DNA of 64,000 nucleotides from Orbicella franksi. Taxonomy: Eukaryota. The DNA lies in contig OZ116706.1 of the NCBI GenBank assembly GCA_964199315.1, forward strand, positions 15,562,001-15,626,000, in the 5' to 3' direction. Below are positions 47,001 to 58,937 of this stretch, piece by piece (the stretch's first letter is position 1; the number at the start of each line of letters is the position of its first letter). The position numbers and the translations under genes are program-made. Below the pieces are notes generated by a model. That model had not been told where the DNA came from. It did not search any database and was given only the letters and a program-made list of their open reading frames with translations.

Positions 47001-50000
47001 TGAAGGTATACTGTAACCTTAATCTCGGTTTCTGTAGCCTAAACGACTGGGAGTATTTCCAACCCCCCACCCCCAACCCCTCTCCCAGGTTGAATGGGAT
47101 GTCAGTCCATCACATGGTTACCCCCTAGTGGTGAATTCATACACCTGGGTAGAGAGAAATATCGTGCGAGTGATGCGTCTTGACCATGAACTCAGTTACC
47201 TCAGCTGGGGCTTGAACCCAGACTGCTTGGTCCCCCGAGTCCATTGCACTACCCATTGGGCAAGTTGACAAGTTGTAACAGCACCTTAAAAAAACCGTGT
47301 GTTTATTGCAATTTCAGGGAATGGCTGATGCCTTCATTCTTATGAGATATCCATTTGAAAGTGATGAGGCCAAAGAATTGAACAAAAAAATATTTGAGAC
47401 AATCTACTATGGAGCACTAACAGTAAGTTATGTTTGTATTTAATTTTAATCTCAACATCAGTGACTCAGCTCATCCTATCTTGTGGTCTTGGTAACTTCA
47501 CATTCTTCAGGGCAACCAAATTTGATGCTTTTGTTCTTCTGACAATTTCCCTCTGCATCATGCAATGAGCATTACACAGGGCAGTGTGACACTTACTAGT
47601 CCTACATATTAAGCTTTCCTCTCTCTGTTAACTTCCTAGTCTGGTGTTTCTATGTTTGTGCCATGGTTCTCTACTGTCCTCCAGGCCTCAATGTTTTGTT
47701 CAAAAAGATACCTTCTGGATCTTGATCTTGTCTGCTTAGTAGAGGAGGCAGGGGGTGGGGGTGGGGGGCGGGGGGTTGCAACGGGAGGAAAACAAAAAGG
47801 CCCTGTTGATGTTTCTCTGGAGTAACTTAATTAACTCAGAGACTTTGCACCATTTCCAATGAGGGTTTGACTGACACACCCTATTAGTCCACTGTGCCCC
47901 AACAAAATTGGCAGAGCAAGTTGTAACAGCACCTTTAAACAGTATGTTTATCACAATTTCAGGGAATGGCTGATGCCTTCATTCTTATGAGATATCCATT
48001 TGAAAGTGACAAAGCCAAAGAACTGAACTAAAATAAATTGAGACAATCCTCTATGGAGCATTAACAGTAACCTGTCCATTTCAAGTCTCGTTACCTACCC
48101 TTCTACTTTAGGACAACAAACAAATTCACCAACTCTTGATCTTGTGTGCTGTGGTTTAATAAATATTATTTGTCTCTCACTAGGCATCTTGCCAGTTGGC
48201 CAAAGAGAAAGGAGTTTATGAAACTTATGAAGGATCACCTGCAAGCCAAGGGGTAAATATTGATTTCACCTTAGGACTGCTTATTTTAATACCGTCCTAG
48301 AATAGTCGTCAAAGGGGTTAGCAATATTCACTAGTTCAGACAGTGATATGGTTACTTTTATTTTGTGCCCAACAGTGTTTACTTGTCGGGGACATGATAT
48401 AGCAAGTTTTTAAAAATAAATGTGGATGTGTTCTCTAGTATTTTAATAATTCTATATTAAATTTTGTATCATTTCTACTGGAACATAGAAGTCAGTATGT
48501 GACAGTAGAATTCTGATTTTTCAAACCAAAAATTATTTGTTGTTTTTTGCTTCCTTGGCAAAATGTTGGGTGAAATTTGCACTTGACTTTTTTGAACCTA
48601 CATTTGTTAATTCAAAAACTCAGGATTACACAGGTTTTAGCCCCTTTACTATTGTGCCATTGGTGGTGAAAAGGAACCTTTTAGCTAAGAAAGTGAATTA
48701 ATATTGACATTATATTTCACCATGTTTATTAATAGTGTCTGTTATCTAACAGAAACTTCAGTATGATCTCTGGGGAGTGACTCCTACAGATCTGTGGGAC
48801 TGGGCAGCACTGAAGGCAGATATAAAAAAGTAAGAACAACTCTTGTATTAATGTGGGAGTAGAGTGTATAATTATATACTGTGGAAGAGAGGAGGCTAAG
48901 ACTAACTGGCAGCAACATGACTATGATATGCTTAACCCTTTAAATCCCAGGAGTGATTAAAATCTGACTAATTTCTCACTAAAATAGCAATGGACAATTC
49001 CAGAAAGTATCCATACCTAATGTCAGGGAGGGCTTTTTGGGATTCCAAGGGCAAGGGGGGTTTTTTGAACTGCTAATCCAAAGGCATGGGGGGGATTTCG
49101 TTTGATTGGAATTCCAAAGGTAAGGCGGGGGGTGGGGGGTGGGGGGTGGGGGTGCATTTCAGTTCTAGGAGGCCAGAGGGGACAGACAAGAGACACACAG
49201 ACATGCCTCGTATAAGGGGGGAAAAGGCTTTTCTATTACAATGAAACCATTCTGCGTTATCAAAAATTTAGTTTGGCGAACGGCTTGCCTGGGTCCTTGC
49301 CCCTGGGGCAAGTAAGGAGAGAAAGTTACTTGCCTGAAGGGAAAATCTACTTGTCCCGGACAACCGGACGGGGGTTTTTTTGAGCCATGATTCTGAACAT
49401 AAAGGTATAACTCAAATTTTAATTGAAACACATTGTTTTGATTTTGAATTCAGTGCAGTGTTACAAATGTGGGCAAATCGTTTTTTGGGGTTTGGTGTTT
49501 GAATCTGGCGCTGTTAATATTACTGTAGTGGAGACAAATATAATTTTTTATGTTGGTTTTCTTGTTTGTTTTAAGGTATGGATTGAGGAACAGTTTATTG
49601 TTGGCACCAATGCCAACAGCTTCCACTGCACAGATTCTTGGCAATAACGAATCTTTTGAGCCGTACACAAGCAACATTTACTCAAGACGTGTTCTTTCAG
49701 GGGAATTTCAGGTATTAATAATAATTTTGTGTTTGAACTGTACACAAAGGTTGACTTATAACCATCAAAATAATACTAATCGACCCCTTGTGAATGACCC
49801 CTGCTATACATGTATGTGTGGACATGGAAACCTGATGACAGACATATAGTCTGTCCTGGAAATTTCACAAAAAAATACCTTTGACAAAAATATCCAAATT
49901 AGTAATGCATCCACCTCTTATCAATTCCCTGGTGAAGTTTGTGTTGTCATGGAAAAACAAACAAATTAATAATAAGTGTTGATAAAATAACCAAAATGTA

Positions 50001-51478
50001 TGTATGTAAGTATGTATGTATGTTGTTTATTACACTGTAACCAAAGGCATGAACTGCTTTTTCATTTTGTAGATTGTAAATCACCATCTGCTAAAAGACT
50101 TGACAGAGAGAGGTTTATGGAATGAAACATTAAAAAACAAACTTGTAGCTGCTAATGGCTCCATTCAGGTACCTTTACATTGTGCTAATATGTATGTTTT
50201 CAACCAAAACGGGGGCTCTTTGGTGTGTTAGCTGTTGCCATTGCATTTGGTTGTAAGAAAGTTGTCGAAAAATCAGGGAAAATTCAGAGTTAATCTTCAT
50301 GTTCAGCGGTCAACCACAATTATAATTTTGCAGGTTCTGACAAAAGTGTTAATGAAATAATACCATATCTTAACATGGACTGCACTAGCCATTTCTTCCA
50401 CTCAAACATACTTCTTTCCTTTGCATGCCACTGTCAGGTTTCTTTGTATTATCATAATACCACATTACTCAACCTGTATTTCCCTCTTGAATCCTTCAGC
50501 ACATTGACGAGATCCCTGATGATCTTAAACCATTGTACAAGACAGTTTGGGAAATTTCCCAGAGGACTCTCATAGATATGGCAGCTGACAGAGGAGCATT
50601 CATTGATCAAAGTCAGTCATTCAATGTGTTCTTTGCTGAACCTAACTATGGCAAGCTGACAAGCATGCACTTCTATGGCTGGAAAAAGGTAATTCAATGC
50701 TTGTTAATGCTGGTTGCCTAAAATAGATACAAAGTTGCATCAATATCTTGCCAGATACTAAAAGTCTGACTTTAGATAAAGTGGCCCACACCTCTGGAGC
50801 TTGTTGCATGGTGACAGGGACTATTGCTTCTCTGCAATGCAGGGTTTCATTAACGTTCTCAGCAGAAGGACAACTGGTTTTCTCAGGCCAACAAAACCTT
50901 TTTGAACTGAACTTGTTTATAAGAAAACCTTCACCTCATCTAAGTCCTTGTGTCAGAGTGGTGTATAAGGCCTCAAAGATGGTCAATGGTGATGGTCAAC
51001 CTAGGTGGGCAAAACCATCCCCATAGCCAGTCAATTTGGCTGGTGCTCAGCCCTTGATGAAATCCCTGACAAATGCTACTTCATCATGGCATAACCCCCA
51101 TCTCTCTCACAGTTTGCTGGTTACCACCATTGTTTTTACACTCCTGGTCAAAGAGAAGCAGTGTGAGAGTGAAATGTCTTTCCCTAGCCGAGAGCACATT
51201 GATTCTCATTGCTGTTCGTATGCAAACAGTGCAACGACTCTAGAAATTATTCACCTTCGTTGAGTCTACAGTGTAATTCAAAGAGTTCTATGAATTAAAT
51301 CTTCTAGGGCCTCAAGACAGGAATGTACTACCTACGTACTCGTCCTGCCGCAAATGCAATTCAATTTACAGTGGACCAACAATCTCTCAAAAAGACAACC
51401 AAGACTGCAGAGCAGAAAGAAGAAGCCATTGCTTGCTCTCTTAAAAATCCCGAGGCTTGTGTAAGCTGTAGTGGATAG
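38840..51478 (+). CDS. RRM1: Ribonucleoside-diphosphate reductase large subunit (class Ia R1), 20 exons, 803 aa
   Basis: Exons 38840-38903, 38999-39084, 40090-40267, 41877-41977, 42252-42311, 42397-42741, 43192-43368, 43656-43804, 44187-44322, 44973-45038, 45362-45463, 45597-45653, 45814-45861, 47318-47422, 48184-48252, 48753-48829, 49576-49711, 50073-50168, 50500-50688, 51308-51478 (2412 nt, all phases consistent). Motifs [31 protein letters not shown] and C-terminal CxxC. Confidence 0.98.
40971..41022. repeat. (TAA)n microsatellite, about 17 units
   Basis: Read directly. Confidence 0.95.
41023..41443 (+). mobile_element. 5'-truncated CR1/L2-like LINE 3' end in RRM1 intron 3
   Basis: Reads [40 protein letters not shown] (stop 41251-53), typical of the ORF2 C-terminus, followed by a 3' UTR and an (ATT)n tail. 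Confidence 0.8.
46038..47260 (-). mobile_element. CORE-type SINE split by a TTAA element
   Basis: Tail piece 46038-46085 and body 47023-47260 join into a homolog of 25050-25338. Confidence 0.7.
46086..47018. mobile_element. 933-bp TTAA-flanked non-autonomous DNA transposon (Kolobok/piggyBac-type target)
   Basis: TIRs gttaccgtataccttcag / ctgaaggtatactgtaac; TTAA at 46082-85 and 47019-22. Confidence 0.85.
47963..48066 (+). pseudogene. Duplicated, disabled copy of RRM1 exon 14
   Basis: Near-identical to 47318-47422 including the acceptor; in-frame TAA at 48029, 1 nt shorter, donor GTAACC instead of GTAAGT. Confidence 0.9.
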
Positions 51479-51854
51479 ATCGAGACATACATATTGTGTG
51501 CTTGACCTTCATGACATTACAAACTATGCAGATATTCTTTCAGGGAAAGAACCTTAAGACAACAATCATGCAATTTCTGGTAAATTGCTGCAGCTCATAA
51601 AAGTAACTGATTTATCAAGAGCAGATTGAAGTGTATATGTACAATCAAATACTTAAGATAAAATCGCTCGCAGGCCTAAAACGGAAATCAGAAAAGTTTA
51701 CAATTATTCTATTTTGCTTTTGAAGGAGTATTTTCATATGCCGATAAGTGATTTGATGTGCAAGGTGAGGTAAAGTCACATCATTGTGTTTTGAAATGTA
51801 AATATGTAATGGATTGTGTGGTATTTGCAAACACTTATAGACCTGTTATATTTT

Positions 51855-52020
51855 GTAATAGACTTTGTAATAGGCTACTTTTGTAATAGACCATTTTTGT
51901 ATTAGACCACTTTCGTAATAGACTACTTTTGTAACAGACCATTTTTGTAATAGACTACTTTTGTAATAGACCATTTTTGTAATAGACTACTTTTGCAATA
52001 GACTATTTGTAAAAGACTAA
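51855..52020. repeat. 16-bp minisatellite with alternating A/B units downstream of the RRM1 stop
   Basis: gtaatagaccattttt alternating with gtaatagactactttt, about 10 units. Confidence 0.9.
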
Positions 52021-52184
52021 GTTAAATGAGTGTACATACCATTGTAAAGTCTTTACATGATAATCTTGAATTGTGAAAACCCTGGTAAATGATTAACACA
52101 GGGAAAAAAATAAAATGTTTTATCAAAAGTGACACCATTTCCAACATTCATTATTTGGTTCAACATGTATATGATGGAAAACTA

Positions 52185-52344
52185 CAGGGGAACCTCTATT
52201 TCACAAAGTCTCAGTATAATGAACGCTATTCTTTGCCTCAGTAAATAATAAAATATATGGGAAAAACTCTGATACAACAAAACCTCATTATAGTGACCAT
52301 ATTTTGCCAGTTCTTTGGCTCTTCATTATATCAAGATTCCACTG
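52185..52344. mobile_element. pogo/Tigger-type MITE
   Basis: ta-caggggaacctc ... aagattccactg-ta. Confidence 0.65.
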
Positions 52345-53483
52345 TATAGTCACATTGCCTATCCAGCCATGTGAAGCTAACTTTAAAACTTTCCTCTCCC
52401 CAAGTCAAGCCAAGACTAAGGACAGCGGTTAACTCCTGGCCCCAATTTCAAACAAGCTAACCTCTCATAAGTAAAAAAATTCTTTAATTTAAAGATCAAG
52501 ATAGAATTTGATGGCCATAATTATTATTGGTTGAATATCTTGATAAAAATTAAAAGTTTTAACAATTTAAGTACATTTTGATCAAGATGTACAGGAAAAG
52601 GAATAAATTCAAGTACATCTGCCTAAGAACGGATGTGTAAAATGAAGCATATCCTAAGCCTGGACTTGTCAGTCATCTGCCCTCATCCTAATCCCCAGGG
52701 GGTGTCTTGCCCAGGAATTAGGCTTGGGGTGGGAGTTGACTGACATTTCAGGCTAGCGTACAGTGTCCTATTTGTGCTAACTGTTAGGCCTGTTGATACC
52801 CAATCGGGTTTGTGAATTTTGTTATAGCTTTGATCAGGATGTGAAAAATTTTATGCAAATTTTGGAAACTGAGAGTATTCTCCAGTTTAAGGAAAAAAGA
52901 AAAAGAAATAACTGATATAATGGTTTTAACCCAGAACCATGTTTCAACCACATAAAAAGTATTTGTTTAATGCATGTAGTATATCCAGACCTTGAGCTAA
53001 GGAGAGGGTGGGTGGGGTGGCGTGGTGTTTTGTTTGTTTTTTTTTGCTTGCCCTGCCAGCTTTTCTTCCTTCTGTAATTTATTTTTTACCCAAAATAGGG
53101 GGGCTGGGTCCCTCCCCTAGATCGCCACGTGGTCATTTATAGAGCGTATTACATTTCACCTCTAATTCCTTTGTGGTGGAAAAAAAATTAGGTCTGTGGA
53201 GGGGTGGGTGGGGCTCTGCAGTCCCAATTAAACCTTATGGACATACCATACCCCACCTTCCCCCATGACCCTTCAACCCTTAAATGGCTGTTCATATGAA
53301 CAGACTAAAATTGACGTAGTGCACTGTAGTGTATATAAATGCAGTTACCATACTTACACAAATACAACAAACGAGTACTTCTGAAAGAAAACCTGTCAAT
53401 TTGCGCCTGCCTATCAGCGGTTCCTCTAATCCAATAATGCGCAGTTTTCTGCGCAAGGACCAGAAATAGCGAAAATTTCCAAG

Positions 53484-54184
53484 ATGGACGCCGACGTAGA
53501 GCAGGTACAGTAGGCATTCTTAACAAAAAATTACTTAATTCGGTTTAGTTGAAATGTTAGCCCTTTGTTTTGAACTGTGTTTGATTGATTTCAGATTGAT
53601 TACGACGTTTTCAGGCGTGATGTTTACAGGGTTGCCGTCTCTAACGAATTCGAGGTGAGTTAATTAACTTACGGACCTTCGCTTGCAATGAGCTCGGTCT
53701 TGTGAAGTTGAAAGTTGTTTTACAGGATCAAGGCACCGCTAATTGGTGTTTCCCGTCACAGCATCATCTTTACCAATTACCGAGTATCGTCTGATTAATA
53801 AAGTGATTTTAAATGCTACTTTTGCAAATGTTTGTTAGCTTGTTCGATTCCACTTTGGTCGCTTTCATATTTTGCCTGTACTTTACCGTACAACAGATCA
53901 GTATTCACTATCAAAACTGTACGAACGAAACCGTTTCAAATTTTTAAATGATTATAACAACAAAAGTAGCTAGATTAATCATAAACAATACCAATTAGAT
54001 CTAATTAATAATTATATTAAATTGTCATAATAGTATTGTGTTTGGTCATAACCTTCTCTGTACCAGTGTGGCTTGTTATTACTAATCTAGTACCTCTTTT
54101 TCTTTTGATAACTTAGTTGTTTTTCAGTTCTGTTTGATTTGAAGGTTATGTATTTTGTTTTTGGACATTGCAAATTGACCTGAT

Positions 54185-54223
<39 letters not shown>

Positions 54224-57200
54224 TGTTGTTGTTTTCAAGTCTCAAGAAAACAGAAGGATTGTCAGAAGTATTGGTGACGATGACGATGACGAGGACTTTG
54301 ATGATTTGGAAGCTTTGCGGCTTGCTGCTTTAAGGAGCTTAGGCACAAAAGTAAGAAAAAGGTTTATTTAAAGACTAGTTTTTCCTTGGCCTGTTGACAG
54401 TATGTGATAAGTAGTATGTTCTTCTCTTTTCTAGAATTCTTTTACAAAACAAGGATTGCCTGCGGCAGATTTAAGCGGCACTCGACGTGTAAGTCTTGGC
54501 CGCAAAGATAAATCTGATTTGCAAGTAGTCTCTCTTGAAAGACAAGAGAGTTTCTCCTCAACAAGTACAGACTATGAAGAAATTGACTTAAGTGAGAGGA
54601 CGCCTCCAGATTCTGAAGCAAATGACAGTGGCTCGGACATTGATGATGCAGAAAGTGACAAGAAGATTGAAATTGAAAGTCCTAGAGATGATCAGGAAAT
54701 GGAATCTAAGGAAGATTCAGATGAAGGTCGTGATGTAGATGATGACGATGTTGATGAAAAGAATGATGTGGTGACTGATGATGAAAACAACAGTGTTTGG
54801 AGTGATAATGAAGATTTCAGGGACAATGTTGTTTTGACTGATGAGGGTGGCATTGAAAATAACATTTCATCTGATGAAGATGATGTAGAAAACAATCTTG
54901 ATTTTAGTGATGAAGACAGTGTTGAAGATACTCAGGAAAATTCGCAGAATTATTTAGAAGCATTGGAAGCATTGGAAGATGAGCTTAATGATTCAGCTAA
55001 CGAAATCAATGTCCTAAACGATATCAGTATCACTATTGCAAATGAATCTATAGTATCACATTCGCCTACCAACTTGGATGAGCATTTGGAAATTGTGGAT
55101 GATGAATATGAGGACAACACTGGATTGAACAAAGAGAATGAAAGTGATAATGAAAGTCTAAATGAACTCCAAATGACATCTACACAGCGTATTGTCGTTA
55201 GTCAGTCGGATAGTGAAAATGAAAGTGATGGTAAAGTTGAAAATGAAACTGAAATGACAAAAGAAAATCAATGTGAAAGTGAAATGATTGTGGATCAGCC
55301 TGTTGTGGATAATGGTAATTTAATGGAAAAGAAAGAATCTGTGGTCTCTTCTGCTATAAGTTCATCAGAAAAAGTAAACACAGAAGTATTGGCATTAAAG
55401 AGCAAAACAAAGAACAGTGTAAAAGCTGAAAATGAAGAACCTACTGTTTTAGTGGCCAAGCCTTCACTTAAAGTTGTGAAAAACTCAAGCTCAAAGCTTC
55501 CATCTGCAGAAAAAACTGACCTTGTGACTTTGCCAAACCTCAAAAGAGACAAAACTCAAGAATTGCTGTCAAAAGAAAACACAGTGGAAAAAGCTAAAGA
55601 GACTAAAGGACCAAGAAATGTCAAGGAAACAGCACAGAAAGGCAATGAGAAAGTGTCAAGCAAAGCTGTTGATTGTGAAAGCAAGGTAGAGATTTCTGCT
55701 AACAAAGAATCAAAGTTGTTATCTACAGAGCCCAAGTTAAAAAGTGATGAGAGTGAGGAGAAAATGGACTTTGATCAGTTAAGTATTGAGGATGAAGACA
55801 GTGATTTTGAAGAAGAGGAGGAGGAGAACCAACCGGCAGTGAAGTCCAAAATAGGTTTGAATAAAATACCTACTGAAAGCAAAAAGAGGAAAAGGAGTTT
55901 CTCCAGTGAGAGTGACAGAACTAAAAGATATTCTCGTTCACCAGAAAGATCTCAAGCTTCATCGCGTTCCTACCATGACAGACAGCGAGATCAGCACTTG
56001 CGTGACAGATCTAGGGAAGGATTTAGTAAAAGAAGGTCATTGTCACCATCAACAGATAGACGATACAGAGGAAGTGATAGTCGTTATCGCAGGAGTCACA
56101 GCAGGGACAGAAAGCAAAATAGGTTTTCTAGTGCTAAAAGCAGAGACAGAGAAAGCAGGCATTATCATTCTCGCTCGCGATCAAACTCAAGAACTAGATC
56201 CAACACAACTGAAAAAGTTGTTAAAACAAATGTTGATAAACCAGTCAAGAAAGAAAGCACAAGAAATAGTGTTAAAGAACATCTTGAGCTTAAAAAGAAC
56301 TTAAATACAAGACCACTGTCTACATCACCAAGAAAAGAGAGAAAGGCTCGAGACAGTGGCACTGAGGAGAAAACTGTAAGAACAAAACAAGCAAAGTCTC
56401 TGTTTATTGAAACTAAAGTTGCTAATGGGACTAAAGTAGTCTTAAAACCCAAAATCCAAAGAGATGTGGATGGTGTAATCATCAAACAACCTAAAGGTTT
56501 GTGTCCAATATTATAGTACATTGATATCACCTCTTACTAACCAGGCACGCGGGCTGTACTGGGGATTATTGGTGTAACATTCAGTGGCAGTACACACCAA
56601 CTGCAGTGAGGCTGGTACAAAAACAACCAAGGGCCAATACTTCCCAGTACTGCTCAAGCAAGCTAGGTTATTAAGTAGTTTATGATATGGCACGAAACAA
56701 AAAATACATGGTTTATGACCATTCCCATGGAAATGATCCGTATGGCACAATCTTGACCAAAAAAGAACCAATCAGAGTGCTTGGATTTACCTCGCAATTA
56801 TATAGATATACATGTACCGTGTTTCTATTGAGTTTTAGTAGAATTCTGCTAGTATACTAATGCAAATGCTGCAATCTGATTGGCTGAGCTGCTCGTATAC
56901 TATCAGTCATTAGAGTGCAGTGGCTGTCAGTCATCCACGAAATGCAACATTTTTATTGTTTTTCTGAAGTTTTGGAAGAAAGTTTATATGTAAATGGATA
57001 ATTAAATTCCTGAGAAGACTAAAAGAAGGACATTAACAGTTTCTTGATTTTTAAAACTTGAAATTATTGAAAAAAAAAAACGGTTGTGTGCGGGTAAACA
57101 ACTGCAAATTTACCAAGGACAATTCAATACATGTGATTTTGTTAAAGCGTAAAGTTCAATAATGTGTTTAAAATTAATTGGAAACCGTTATTTGCATTAA

Positions 57201-58937
57201 TTTCAGTTAGAATTCTACTAAAACAATTAAATAATTCGCTCTCGATTTCTGAGGCGATAGTTGATTTAGCCTTCGACCTCATCAACCATCACCTCATAGA
57301 AATCTCGAGCTCATAATCTAATTGTTAAATAGAAACATGAGTGGAAGTTTGGGAGAGTGAGAAATGCTGTAGCTTTTTCGAGTTCTCCCAAACTTCCACG
57401 AGTGTTTAAATAACTGGATAGAAACACAGAGAACATGTTTTCTATTTCTTTTAGATAACACCATGAGGAAAAAAAGGAAAACAACTTGCTAACTTTGCAA
57501 AATGTAAATTCCGTTTGCTCGTGCCATCATTACATCGACAGCTTGTGCTAGTTCTGTGTTTCTACTGAGTTATTGAAACACGATTTTAACCAATCAGCAT
57601 GCGTATTTTCTTAGGACTGTTTACTGAATAATTATATCAATGGCAGATCTGGATATTTGTGAACTGGATTTGAACGAACACCCTCCAGGGGTATGGACCA
57701 CTGGGCCTGCCACAGGTTGTATCAGTCTACAAGTGCTTGAGGTCATTACTTCACAAAACCCAAATGTCATAGTTTGTTTGGCATGATGTGTGCAGCATCT
57801 GCTCGAAATGTCAGGTGGCAAAGTGGTTCCCCAGTTCCTGTACCCCGAAACAAATTAAACTAAATGTTCCTGTTTAGTCCAGCACTTATCATAATAATTG
57901 TTGAGCTAAGATTTGCTAAGCAGGAGGTCACAGATTTGAATTAACAAAATTGACCAGAATCCCATCCAAGTGAGGCTGCAATAATTATTGTTGTAGTTAC
58001 TCTATGCATCAAAAACAGTTATTTTACTCTCACATACCTGCAAGCAAGGCTTTTCGAATTTTTTTTCAGACAGTGTAGCCAAGTTGTTGGTTTCGTTTAC
58101 TCTCATCTGCTATTTGTCTCAGAGTGAATGGATGTGGCAAGGATAAAGTAGTTTCTTATGATAAGAAATGAGATACCGCAGCAGAGTCAATGTTTTTAGT
58201 GATCACAAGCTTTTGACGCTGTCACAGCGTCTTTCTCAAGTGATTACGTGTTGTTTTCTTCTCTAGCTATGACAGCCACAACACGGGTCACAAGTTGGAA
58301 GAGAGTAAGATGGCTGTCATAGCTAGAGAAGAAAACAATTTCAGAAGGAGAATTTGTGCCGCGTTGGAAATTCTGTGCCAGTCCCCAATGCTCAACCGAT
58401 ACCATGGATTTCAACTTTCAGCCCTATACAGGGATGTTTTGGCATATGACTTGGTCCACCCAAGCTCACACAACAATTTGCGCCATATTCCCTTGAGAAA
58501 GAAAGACATTGACTCTGCTTTGGTATCTCGTTTCTTGTTATGTCTACTGCACAGTTGGGAAACAATATCTTTACTCAATAGTTTCTCATAGTTTTCTTGC
58601 TTTTGTCTTCCTTATAGATTTGAGATCTCGACTTTTAGAGAAGAAAGGGGACCAAACTGAAGTAGATATTAAAAATGTATCAACAGTAACTGAGTCAAAA
58701 AAACCTGTCAAGGACCGAGAACTTAGTACACACATTCAACGAGTTAAACCACAAAAAGAAGCAGTCATTCCAAGAGTGAAGCAATATGCTGAAAAGAAAT
58801 CGACAGCAGAAGAATCAACAAGTCTTGTCAAGGAAAGAGAACTTGATGAGCGGATTCAACGAATAAAACAGAAAAATGAGGCAATCTTGAAGAGAGCTAA
58901 GGAAATTGAAGCAGAGAAAATGAAGTTCCATTCATGA
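53484..58937 (+). CDS. 857-aa acidic, RS-rich protein with C-terminal coiled coil (probably nuclear/RNA-processing associated)
   Basis: Exons 53484-53504, 53595-53654, 54240-54350, 54435-56496, 58618-58937 (2574 nt, phases consistent); D/E-rich tract, RS-dipeptide region, DLRSRL at the exon 4/5 junction, terminal ERELDERIQRIKQKNEAILKRAKEIE. Confidence 0.75.
54187..54223. repeat. (TAA)n microsatellite just upstream of the exon 3 acceptor
   Basis: Read directly, about 12 units. Confidence 0.95.

Noticed and set aside
47750-49152. G-quadruplex-capable runs at about 47750-47775 and 49125-49152
   Set aside because: Lie in GC-rich repeat fragments common in such introns; nothing indicates function.
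54168-54239. Poly-Ile N-terminus in the ORF track
   Set aside because: Intronic (TAA)n repeat; the exon starts at 54240.
58267-58304. Extra exon of the RS-rich gene
   Set aside because: Has AG and GT but ends in phase 0, which is incompatible with the phase-1 last exon; exon 4 splices cleanly to 58618.
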